The position numbers and the translations under genes are program-made. Under the pieces are notes generated by a model. It saw nothing but the letters and a program-made list of their open reading frames with translations, made no database searches and was not told the DNA's origin. This document shows, in pieces, positions 48,211 through 58,674 of a stretch of DNA of 64,000 nucleotides. Source of the stretch: Vitrella brassicaformis CCMP3155 (Eukaryota > Protista > Chromerida). The stretch spans positions 1 to 64,000 of the forward strand of contig CDMY01000293.1 of the NCBI GenBank assembly GCA_001179505.1. The letters are read 5' to 3'. How positions within the stretch are numbered: position 1 is the first letter of the stretch; each line of letters starts with the position of its first letter.

Positions 48211-50990
48211 ATGTCTTCGAAGAGGGACGTGCTTGTGCTTCCCTGCCACAAGTGAGATCAGGAGAGAGACATGGGAGCTTGCACAGCCGCTCTCGGCCTT
48301 CTTTGCACTGCAGGAGCTACTGGTCGCGGGTCAAAGGTGACCTCCGCCATATCGCCACCGGCCGTATCGGGACACTCACCCAGTTCCGAGAATGTCGGTG
48401 GTTTCGTTTGTACATGTACTGCAATGAGAATCCATTTTGCAATGTGTGTGCATTCATAGGCCTCACCCAAATGGCGACTTCAAGCGGTACTAGTCAGTCA
48501 AATATCCCCGTGGGTCTTGCACGTTGGATGTACGTTGCCGCAGGATGCATGAAATCCCGTAGCCAGTTCCAGGCCTTGGAGCCGGTCTTTGACTGTCTTG
48601 ACGCGCAGTGCGTCGAGTCTCCAGTGAGTGGCTCGGTCAACTCGACGGAGTACCTCGAGAAGATCCTTCCGGTCCAGGCCGCTCTGCTGCTGGACATGAA
48701 GAGTCTGTTCCCACGGGCAAGTATTTGTCCAGCCACATTTAGGTTGTGCTTCTGTGTATGTCTTGACTGTCAGCCCATAGCGGTACTGCGCAAGGGCATG
48801 AGGACACAAGAGGTCCTCACCGAGCGTCAGTGTCTGACCCTCATCAGTGCGGGCTTCCTGTGTCTCTTACCCGAGCCTTCCGACAAACTGCAGTCACTCA
48901 ACTTCAGGTACATCGATCGATGGATCGGGCTAAGGTGGCACAGAAAAACGGATAATCTTTGGCTGTGTGTCGTGCCTCGGAAACGGAAATAGAAAATACT
49001 GGCGCTCGGTGAGGTATCGTCGTTGATCTCGCTCTAAAGGTCATACGCCATCCGTGTCTCTGCAGACGTCGGGGAATTTGAGAACTCAGGCCACGAAGCT
49101 CCGCTGTCTTCTCAACTACTTCCGAAGATGCTTGACTCCGGCCGAAGCTTCGCTTCTGCTGAACCCCCCTGATGCCCAAGACAAGGGCGAGGACCAGCCA
49201 GCAGGCGACTCACCGGCTGAAGGCGCTGGCAATCAGACGCTGCCTGAGGGGGAGGCAGAGACACCCCCAGCCACGCCTCAACCGCCGGGTGCGTGGCTGG
49301 CAGACCGCTTGGTGACATTTCATCGCCGAGTGCTGTCGTCGAGTGTTCCTGCGTACGAAGAGCTGTGGGAAAGCCCGCAGCAACTGTTAGCATTCAAGGT
49401 CTGCAAGAGACAAAAGTCAGTGAATTGTGATACATATTCGATGGCTTGTACTGCAGTTTGTTGATGACGTTGATGCTTGCGATGCAAACAAAGACAGTTC
49501 CAGAAACTCCAGGCTGATCAACAGCCACGCACCTAGGTACGGTGGACAGATCAAGTGCCTACTTGTGCCTGTCTCCGTCTGTCTGATCGAGTGTAATGCT
49601 GTCTGTGCTTTAGGCTGGGCGGTTCCGTGCTCGAAATGGGCGCCGACAGCGATGAGATCCTGTGAGATGTGTCAAATCCATCCGCCAAAGACGGGATTAG
49701 CATACATTCTGCTTCAGGATGATGGAGTACCCTTCGATGTTGGCTGGCTTGGTCCTGGTGGAGAAGCTCTCAGCCAGCGAGTGCGTGGTGGTGTCGGGCA
49801 TTCAAAGGTAACTGACCCATCCCACTTCTGCACCGGATTGACAATGAACGTCATGCAGGTACAACTTGCTCAAGGGGTCTGGAGCGTCTCTCAGATGGCT
49901 TGGCGATTACGTGGATGAGGTGAGTCAGCATTCAGACGAGGGAAGACACGGAGGATCCGTACTTACTCCATTGAAGTGTGTTTGTACTGTTTCCTTCAGT
50001 GTGCGCCTACCACTGACGGTCATGTGCAGAGGGAAATGGCTGTATATCAAATCAAATCCTATAAGACCCAGCCACTCGCACAATTCTCGGTGATGACACG
50101 GCCGCAAACCTTACATGTACACACACACCTCACGTATGTACTTTGCAGCCAACTGACATCTTATCTGAGTTGGCTGCTATCCATATTGCCGTGCATCCCA
50201 CTCTCGGGACAACGGCGAACAAATCGTGGCCGCCCCCGCAGCACGAGGGCGAGGCCGCCGAGTCGGCCCCGGCTGCATCAGCAGAGCCTGCAGTGGCTGA
50301 GGAGAGGAAGGACAGCCCGCAGCCAGGCGAACAGCAGAGGTACATGGACCAGTGCCTCATCGATGCCGGCCGAGAATTCTTTCATGTTTACCTATGTATA
50401 CAGCGCTGACGTCAGTGCCGCACCCGCCGGGGCAGAAAAGCCGCCAGGTACGATATTTGTTGCAGTGTGACTGGCTGGAGAGACACTCAAGTGTGTACGT
50501 ACGTATGACATGTGTATTGTAGTTGAGGAGAGGAGGGCTGAATCACCAAAGAGCCCGTCTTCGGACAAAACGGCCTTGCCGCTGCCACCAAAGGTGTGGT
50601 GACAGCCACCTCAAGTGTTGTCTGTCTTCCTCAAACCGTGCACTACCTCGCGTCTCTCCTTGGTCGTCTCGGCAGGTGCCTCTCTTCGCGTATCCACCAG
50701 GCTGCGGTGCTATTTATGGCGGGTTCCCTCAGCTGAGATTCTTTCTCCTGTGGCTAGCATCTTCCTGTTGCGAGAGGGAATTACTTGTAAGGTGTCCCGG
50801 CTCAATGGGCATCGATTGGGACAGTGAGCTGGACCGCCAGCAGCTGAGCCACATCCAGTCGCTGGTGAAGCAACGGGGCATGACTGTCGGGCAGCTGTTC
50901 GGCTTTCTCATTGATGGCGCCAGCAACCTACCAGAGAGGGGGCTGAGGCTCTCTGACATGCTAATGCTACGACTGGAAAAGGGACTGTGA
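48211..50990 (+). CDS. Poly(ADP-ribose) glycohydrolase (PARG)-like protein with degenerate catalytic motifs
   Basis: PIAVLRKGMRTQEVLTERQCLTLISAGFLCLLP; KLRCLLNYFRR; LVTFHRRVL; LGGSVLEMGADSDEILMMEYPSMLAGLVLVEKLSASECVVVSGIQRY; YPPGCGAIYGGFPQLRFFLLWLASSCCERELL; MTVGQLFGFL. These follow canonical eukaryotic PARG catalytic-domain blocks in order. Stop at 50990. Confidence 0.8.
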
Positions 50991-51216
50991 TGCACGAAGG
51001 CAAGGCCCTCTAACGCTCTCAGGGAGTGATCGGCTTATGTACTCGTGTACACCGTCTTCGAAAAAAGACACGGTTGTGCTTCCGTGCCACGACAAGGAAA
51101 GGCCTGTGCGAAAAGTTGGATCGGCAGGAGAAGGCAGCAACGGCTGCAAAAAGCCATCAGCAAGCAAGACAGCTTTCTCGAGCTCCAGAGTCCAGACAAC
51201 TCGCTGAGGCAGAAAG

Positions 51217-51259
51217 ACATATCTCCGACGGGCGTGACATCTCTCCGATGGGCGTGACA
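51217..51259. repeat. 20-bp two-copy tandem duplication
   Basis: ACATATCTCCGACGGGCGTG / ACATCTCTCCGATGGGCGTG / ACA. Confidence 0.8.
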
Positions 51260-51341
51260 GCACGCTGATGAGCCTGACGGCTCCAGCCGCCTGAATCCAT
51301 CTCACTCACATGCATCTCACACCTTCTTCTCGGCACTGGGT

Positions 51342-52012
51342 TTGTCAGCCTGTTTCTTCTTGGGCGACTCGGCGGCGCCGTCGTCGGCTTCCACCGTCAG
51401 GTCAATCATGTCCGCACCTGAAGTGAGACACGAAGATGTGTTTCGGTCCGTCGCTCTGTTGCGTGGCAAAACCGGTCGTGTCTCGCAGATGACAAACAAT
51501 GGTTACAATATCACGAGACACACCGCCCGTGTTCCCCCATGGCAAGAACCGTCCCTTCCGCATCCTCTCAGCCACCGAGGAATGAGTGAAAGCCGCCATT
51601 CACGACGTCGAAACCAGATACGGAAGCGTATCGATCGAAACGAATCGACTGTGGGGGATTTCCGATTGGCCAGTCGGGATGAGGCGGATGAGGTCAGGGT
51701 AGCGGTCGACGCATGGACTTGACGACTTCAAGGTCATGCACGATGGACCCACGAATTCATGACAAAACAGACTTCTTGGAGGCAAGCCTTGAGAGGAGCA
51801 ACCACCCAAGCAGCCGGCTTCTGCTTCGTGCCTCTCTGCGGAGACATTCGTCGGATGGGAGAGAAGACCATGGACCTTCTCAAGATGCTCGCCAAAGGAA
51901 AGCCTCGCCCCACATCCATTCCCACGGAGGAGGACACAGCTTTCCGCGAGAGCATCGTCAACCATTGGAGCCGGCTCGTGTTCGCTGCCCCGCGCAAAAC
52001 TGTTCCCGGTAG
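51342..52012 (+). mobile_element. Possible degenerate non-LTR retrotransposon (REL-endonuclease C-terminus) relic
   Basis: Microsatellite-free stretch. One frame continues through a single TGA (51720-51722): ...VRVAVDAWT*RLQGHARWTHEFMTKQTSWRQALRG...FCFVPLCGDIRRMGEKTMDLLKMLAK...TAFRESIVNHWSRLVFAAPRK, loosely resembling CRE/NeSL-type element C-termini. Weak similarity, judged by eye only. Confidence 0.25.
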
Positions 52013-52078
52013 CTCCCTCCTAGTTTTCAGCTGCTCCCGGCGCCTGCCCCCACAGGCGCATTATCATTGCCCCCATCC

Positions 52079-52500
52079 ATGGCATTTCCGCTTGCATTTC
52101 CGAAGATTGCCAGCGCGACGGTCCTTGTGGCCCTCCTGGTCCTGGTGCCAGGAGTGATGACGGTGCACCCCCCGCTGCTGCTCCCGAACAGTAGGTTCAC
52201 AACCAAACGTCCACCCATCACCGTGACGGCACAAATATATATGCACTCGCATGCATGCCTCGTGTTTGCATTGCCTCGATGCATGCAGGCACGTCTGCAA
52301 TGGCGCCGGGAGATGACGCGTCCTCGTTCTTGCTCCGCGGTGCCACGAACACCATGGGGTGCGGTGAAGACTGGAAGTGCGACGGCAAGAAAGAGGGCGA
52401 CGCCTGCGCCACAGTCAACATCGGCATTGAATACGTTCTCACGTGCACCTGCAAAAAGAGTGGCAGCTTCTTCAACAAGCGACTCGCGTGCGTATGGTAG
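52079..52500 (+). CDS. Small secreted cysteine-rich prepropeptide (107 aa, two exons)
   Basis: Exon 1 52079-52190 (MAFPLAFPKIASATVLVALLVLVPGVMTVHPPLLLPN, signal peptide); phase-1 GTAGGT...TGCAG intron 52191-52288; exon 2 52289-52500 continues in frame to CGEDWKCDGKKEGDACATVNIGIEYVLTCTCKKSGSFFNKRLACVW*. Confidence 0.7.
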
Positions 52501-53087
52501 TGCACATACCCACGAATCACCAGGTAAGTTTGTAGCAGTCGCATGCTTTCCTCCCTACGCCCTATCTACGGATGGATGTGTCTCTTCGTTTAATTATCGC
52601 TGCAGGCACGGCTCGGCCGCCCCGCATGCCCCTTTTTCCTTTGGCGAAGAAAAGCCATGCATTCGGGAACAGATAGAGGAGAGATCGGCTGTGTGTGAGT
52701 GAATGCGCGTGTGAGAACGTCTGGCTGTCTGTCTGCCTGGCTGGCTGGCTGGCTGGCTGCTCGGCAATGTATGGCTGTGTGGCGGGGACAGAAGGATGGG
52801 ATGCGAGAGACCTGGCCGTTTCATTTCGTTTGTGCCTCAACCAAAGCATTGGTGGTTGGACTCCATGCAAATCCACACACATTTGTCCACACAGGCATCC
52901 AAGCGGATCGTGACAAGTTGGTCAAAACCCAGTGAGAGACTTGTATGGACAGAAAGCAGGCATCCTTCAACCGAGGCATGCACAATACAAAGGACAGAAC
53001 CGAGTCAGTACTCTCCCTGACTCATCTTGGATACGATCGTCTGTCTGTCTGTCTGTCTGTCTGGCCGCTGTTAATTGGGTGAGTTGG

Positions 53088-54338
53088 CTAGAATACTGGA
53101 TCGACAGCGGTAGTGGTGCGAACGAATGGCCTCGAAATTCTGGGGGATGCGATCCAGACAACCCCAGGCCCCTCGACGCCGCTGACGACACGACGGCAGC
53201 ACAAGCCGCCCTTGAAGTGAAACCCTATCTCATTCGTCCAAGCTATCAGCACACCTGAAGGAAGTCAGCGCACCCAGCCACACAGACAATCCATCAATCC
53301 ATTTAGGTGTGCATGGTCTGCCTTGCTGTCTGCCCAGCCACCCCATCCCCCGCCCTCACCCACCCACCCACCCACCCGAATGCAATTCGATGTGCTGTTT
53401 GCTGGCCAGGGTGATCCTCATGACGCTGTCGTCCCCCCTCACATACAGATAGCTCCACGCGGCGCTCTTCTCCTTCAGCGACACATCAGCCGCTGCTTGG
53501 TCCGATGAGGCCTGCAACCGGTTGTCTGTGCGGTCCAGCTCGAAGCGGTTGCAGACTCGGTATGGGAGTGCCGTGCTGGAGACCTTCTTGACCTTGACGT
53601 CACCACTCAGCATTGAGGAGGATGCGCCTGTGGCCGTGACGGTGCGCATGACTACAGCAAGGCCGTCCTTGGTGTAAATGACCCGATGCTCTGGGAGGGG
53701 CATGGGGAAGAAACGAAACCTGATGGATACATACGCGCACAAATGGAAAATTTCATGTGGCATGACCTTCGTATGAGTCAAGTGCGGTCATGGCATTCGT
53801 TCGTTCATTCATCCGTTCATCCGTCCATCCATCCATCCATCCATCCATTTTTTCATTCATTACCCGGGCGTGCTGGCGTCAATGACCACCTGCAAACACA
53901 GACCCCCGGACCCACACACGCCTCTGCCATGATTGAGTCTGCCATCCGTTCATATATATCTCCTGGGCCCACCATGGTTTTGTCTGTGAGGTGCGACGGC
54001 CTGACGTGCACCTCGTGACCAGCCCATTTGACCTCGTGCGTCACCTTGGCGCCATGGCTGGCCGCCGTCACGTAGCACGGGTAGTCGACCACCACCTTCT
54101 CGTCTCTCTCAAGCAGCATGATGAGCTTCGACCCATCGAAGATCACGCCCTGCTCGTACAGCACGCCCGTCAACTCCTCGCTCTTCTTGGACGTCGTCAG
54201 CACACGCAGAGGGCTCAGATCTTTCTCCATGCTGATCGACGCTCCCAACGCGTTGAACCACTGGCCTGTCTTTTGAAGCCTGAACTGCAGCTTGGTTCGG
54301 CTTAATCGACGTGTGAGCGGGGCTGGCACATCAAACAT
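53088..54338 (-). CDS. AIM24/TRAP-like (DUF124) family protein
   Basis: MFDVPAPLTRRL...; IMLLERDEKVVVDYPCYVTAASHGAKV; VVIDASTPG; FPMPLPEHRVIYTKDGLAVVM; C-terminal EIGFHFKGGLCCRRVVSGVEGPGVVWIAS matches the AIM24 G-P-G-x-V-W-x-x-S ending. Confidence 0.55.
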
Positions 54339-54427
54339 TCGCGAGCTTACAATGTGCGAGCTTACAATGCTTTTGAGAGCGCAGCAGCTGAGGGATTCGC
54401 ACTTGCGCTCGACTGCATCTGTCACAC
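54339..54427. promoter_or_regulatory. 89-bp divergent intergenic region with a 15-bp tandem duplication carrying GCGAGCT
   Basis: GCGAGCTTACAATGT GCGAGCTTACAATGC at 54341-54370, between ATGs at 54338 (minus) and 54428 (plus). Confidence 0.55.
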
Positions 54428-56220
54428 ATGTCGTCGATTGATGAAGATGGGCAAGATCTGACGACTTCAGCCTTGGATGCCGCCGGTGACGGAGCTGATC
54501 CCGACCCCTACCTGCTGAAGGACGCGTCCTACCTGGTGCGTGACACCAAGTGGAAGAACAAACAGCGGACGCTGGTCTTCTCGTCACGGGGCATCACGCA
54601 CCGGTACCGGCATCTCATGGAGGACCTCAAAAGGCTCATGCCGCACTCGAAAAGCGAGGTGGGCAAAGACACACACACAGACAGAGGCTCATGTAAGTAC
54701 ATGCATGAAGCTTGGATGAATGAATGGATCATTCATGAGGCGAGTGATAGTGTTGTGTGTGTGTGGTGTGTGTCTGTGTGTCTGTGTGTGTTGTGTTGAC
54801 GCAGGCCAAGTGGGAGAAGAAGCAGACATTGAGGGACGTCAACGAGCTGTGCGAACTGAAATCGTAGGCGACACCTAACAGTACAGCACACCCGAGATGT
54901 GTGCAACCCGGCTGAGGTGGTTCTTGTCAGGTGCAACAACTGTGTGTTCCTGGAGGTGCGCAAGGGCCGCGAGCTGTACATGTGGGTCAGCAGAGTGCCT
55001 GACGGACCCTCGGCCAAATTCCAAATACTCAACGGTACTCGCCAAGCACACGTAGACGCCTTCTTTCTGTCCCTCGCGAGTGCATGCACTAAGTGGCGCG
55101 TGTATGTGATGCTTCCGTGCATTCAGTTCACACGCTTGGCGAGCTCAAGATGACGGGCAACTGTCTGCTTCATTCGCGGCCGCTGCTGTCGTTCGACCAC
55201 CACTTCGACACTCTCCCGCCCCTCGCCCTGCTGAGGGAACTCTTCGCGCAGGTGGAGAAGTGGACAGACAGACAGACAGACATGCCTCCCTCGTTCAACA
55301 CAAAACTTGGTACATGTGTCATGTGGTATGTCGTATGTGCGCCCTTTGGCCACTCAGGTGTTCGGCACTCCGCGTAATCACCCCAAATCCAAGCCCTTTT
55401 TCGACCACGTGATGGCCTTCTCCTTCCACGATAATAAGATATGGTTCAGACACTACCAGGTGGGTGGCTAATCGCGCACTAGGTAGGGAGGAGGGGAGGT
55501 GGGCGTGAAGTGAATCAATGGATCGATGGGCGCTTGTGTTGTCGTGCTGTGATGGATGGATGCCATGTATTCGTTGTGGTCTGACAGATTGCCCCGATGA
55601 CTGAAGACGACAGGGAAGACCCTGACCGCACCGTCCTCACAGAGATAGGTGGGCAAGAGGGGGATTCAATGCACACACGAACGCACACAGACAGACAGGC
55701 AGGCAGGGAGGAGGCAAGGTGGAGAGGAGTTTTTCAATGTTCTGGTTTGTGTTGTCACATGACCACTGGCTGTCTCCCTTGTTTGCTTAGGTCCCCGTTT
55801 TGTGATGGATCCAATTCGCATATTCGGCGGCAGCTTCGGCGGCTCCACGCTCTGGCAGAACCCACACTACGTCTCGCCGATCGAGGTCAGTATACACACA
55901 CGCATTGCATGGCATGCAGATAGATGCAATCAAGGCATGCGTTTGTTTCGCGTATGTGTGTGTGTCATGCTACACCAGATCCGCAGGAGGCTCCATGCCA
56001 AGTACGGCAAGAGTTATGCCGGCAGGCTTCTCGCAAAGGAACACAGAGAGGTACCCATCGCATCACATCACACCAATCGGGAGAGGAGGCAGCAAAGGTC
56101 GCTTGGTGTGCACACATGCATTGATTCCTGTGTGGGGTGGATGGGATGGGTGTATGGCTGCAGGATGTGGAGCGGGCGGCCGAGATGGAAGAGGATGAGC
56201 TGGACCAAATGTTCGATTGA
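54428..56220 (+). CDS. BRX1: Ribosome biogenesis protein BRX1 (Brix domain)
   Basis: WKNKQRTLVFSSRGITHRYRHLMEDLKRLMPHSKSE; CNNCVFLEVRKGRELYMW; GPSAKF; VHTLGELKMTGNCLLHSRPLLSFD; PRNHPKSKPFFDHVMAFS; IWFRHYQ; LTEIGPRFVMDPIRIFGGSFGGSTLWQNPHYVSP; stop 56218-56220. Confidence 0.96.
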
Positions 56221-56615
56221 CTGACTGATGCGCGGCATGCATGGAAGGAAGGATGCAATCTTTTCTCACTCACTTCACTCGTTCGTTACCCAACGAACAA
56301 ACAGGTGTAGATATCTCTGTCCGGATACATTCGTCGGTGCGTGAACGAGTCGACTGTTTCCTTCAAGACAGTGTCTGCTGTGAGGCTGACTGTGTGTCGC
56401 ATGTCAAATGCGCTCGGTCGGTCCAGTGATTGCATTGATCGGTTCGTTCGGGTGTCCGTCCATTCACAAACACCAAAAAACCAAATGAATCTGTCGAACA
56501 CATTTTATCCTTTTCCCCTGCCTGTATGCCTGCCTGCCTGCCTGTTGCCTTGTCCAGTCACCAACCCACCGTCCCATCCAACGATCCATCCATCCATCCG
56601 TTGATTCATCACCGA

Positions 56616-57146
56616 TCAGCCGCCGGCCTCTACCTGTCCCTGCCACTGGTTGAGCCACTCCATGACTCGCTGCACATTGGCATCCAGGTGCTGCAACGAG
56701 TCATTCCACGCCTCCATGACCGCATCCGCGCCGAAGTGCTCTTTGGCCTCGTCCAGCAGCACCTGGAATATCTCACACTCAACGTTCTCCTGGATCTTTC
56801 GCTCGGGGTAACTCCGCCGCTCCAGCCGCCCGTACAGCACAGACGTCTCGGTCCGCAGAACCACCACCAGGTCGAACCAGTCGACAGGCAGAAAGTCGCA
56901 CGAGTGAAAGTCCATCACGTGGCCGCCCTCGGGCAGAAAGTCCGACAGCTTGCTGACCACCAGGTCCTCGTCGAATATGCTGCAGTTCATCTCATCATCC
57001 CACTCGGTGTACAGATGCTCCTCGCGAATCAGGCGGGCCAGCTCGACGTGATGTAGCCCGCTCTGCTCGCACAGCAGCTGGCACAAGGTGCTCTTCCCGG
57101 TGCCGGGCGTGCCAGTCACGAGGATGTTAGGCCGCGAACGCTGCAT
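56616..57146 (-). CDS. AK6: Adenylate kinase 6 / Fap7 / hCINAP (intronless)
   Basis: Single 176-aa ORF: PNILVTGTPGTGKST (P-loop), HVMDFHSCDFLPVDWFDLVVVLRT (hhDFH motif), LYGRLERRSYPERKIQENVECEIFQ. Confidence 0.96.
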   Translation of the reverse strand: MQRSRPNILVTGTPGTGKSTLCQLLCEQSGLHHVELARLIREEHLYTEWDDEMNCSIFDEDLVVSKLSDFLPEGGHVMDFHSCDFLPVDWFDLVVVLRTETSVLYGRLERRSYPERKIQENVECEIFQVLLDEAKEHFGADAVMEAWNDSLQHLDANVQRVMEWLNQWQGQVEAGG

Positions 57147-57262
57147 GTCTTATGGTGGTCACCGTGAGAGTCGTTTTGAAGGATGGGCTGGAGTTCGCGC
57201 ACTCAGTTTAACTCACAAACAGCGTTACACGAGGCATGTTTGTGAGATGGATCACTTCTCAT

Positions 57263-58674
57263 TCAGTGAATCACTGCATCAAGGAGTCTGATGTCGTCGC
57301 GCATCTTCTCCCGAGCCGTGGTCTTTGTCCGGGGAAAGTCAGCAGCACCGCCGCCCTGAGGCACCTCAGTGGTCCGCAAGACGATGGATGACCACCCACT
57401 CCGCCTCTCCATACAGATGTACGCCACGAAGTCGTCGCCATCAGTGTCGCCACACAAGACGACGACGCGGAATGAGCTTAGGCCGCTGGTGTAGTCGATA
57501 GTGCGGCACTCCCATAGGGGTGTCGGCCGGAGCATCAGAGTGGCGATCGCATCGTACCCGGGGGCAGACGGCTGACTGCTGTGCTCATGAAACGACACCA
57601 CATTCGAACTCAAGTTGGCCATCCTGAAAGGGCAGAGAGGAACAGACAGAGGGCACCGCACATTCATTCCTGTCTTGTTTGTTCTCTCATTTGAATCACT
57701 GCACACACCTCATGTGAATCAGTGACCGGAAACCTTGATAGTCACAACCGGAGCCTGCAGACGCACAGACAGCGGAGATCGCCCTTCACATCAAGCGCGA
57801 CTTCCATATGAATGTTTCACCCTCCGTTCCCATACATACGTGCATACATACATGTGCAGGCCGGGTCTGTTGGATCGAATCGAGAGGCGTACTCGCGCGG
57901 CACCGTCTGCTGTGTGTACAGGATCACACCAGTCCATCCCAATGCCTCCTGCCCGTCTGCCATTCGCGCCAGCTCCGTTCTGAGGCTGAGCCGATGGCTA
58001 TACACTGAGTACCCCCGCATGCTTCTCCAGCGCGTCAGCTCCATCTCCCCCTCACGACCAAGTCGATGACCATACAAGGAGTATTGGCGCACGGCGTCCG
58101 GTCGGCTCAGGTAGAGGGCCTTGTCGTCGCTAGCCCGTTTGACGTCAGCGGCCGTCAGACGCACAGGCAGGGACGCCACGCGGCCAGCGCTCTTGGCCAT
58201 GCGGAGGATGGGCACATTCTCCGCCCACTGCCCGCCGTAAGCCAGCACCCACCAGAGCCGCACTAGGTAGTGCACTCGGCTCATCTGCTGCCCCGGCCGG
58301 TCGCTAGGCTCGTACGTCAGTACTCGGTTCAGGTGGTGTTGGCGGAGAAGCTCGGCGACGCCCCTCTCGATGCTGTCGGCGATGGCGGTGCTGAATGCGA
58401 TTGTGCGGGATGCGCCGAACAGGGCAGCGCACCCGTTGAAGTCCAGCAGCCGTCGTAGCTTGTCTGCCAGCGCCTGCAGCTCATAGTCGCCGAGCACTTG
58501 CGCATTCAGAAGACAGAACCTGCGCGGCTCGACTTGGAGATACCAAGACGACGATGAGGCCTCTGTAGCGCCCGTAGCTCCAGTCAAAAACATCTGCAAG
58601 GAACAAAGGTCCCCCCGAACAGTTCCGTCGAGGGGAGCGGTTTCACAGAATGTCCTAAGCGGCCAGACGGCCAA
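57263..58674 (-). CDS. Hypothetical protein, probably a lineage-specific family (long exons; 5' end unresolved)
   Basis: Two long microsatellite-free open frames (57817-58674 and 57263 to about 57626) with protein-like composition, separated by an intron-like segment. No recognisable domain. Confidence 0.55.

Noticed and set aside
52218-52544. Minus-strand 108-aa ORF overlapping the Cys-rich peptide
   Set aside because: The plus-strand model has a signal peptide, canonical splice sites in the correct phase and an even Cys pattern; the minus ORF is most simply its antisense shadow.
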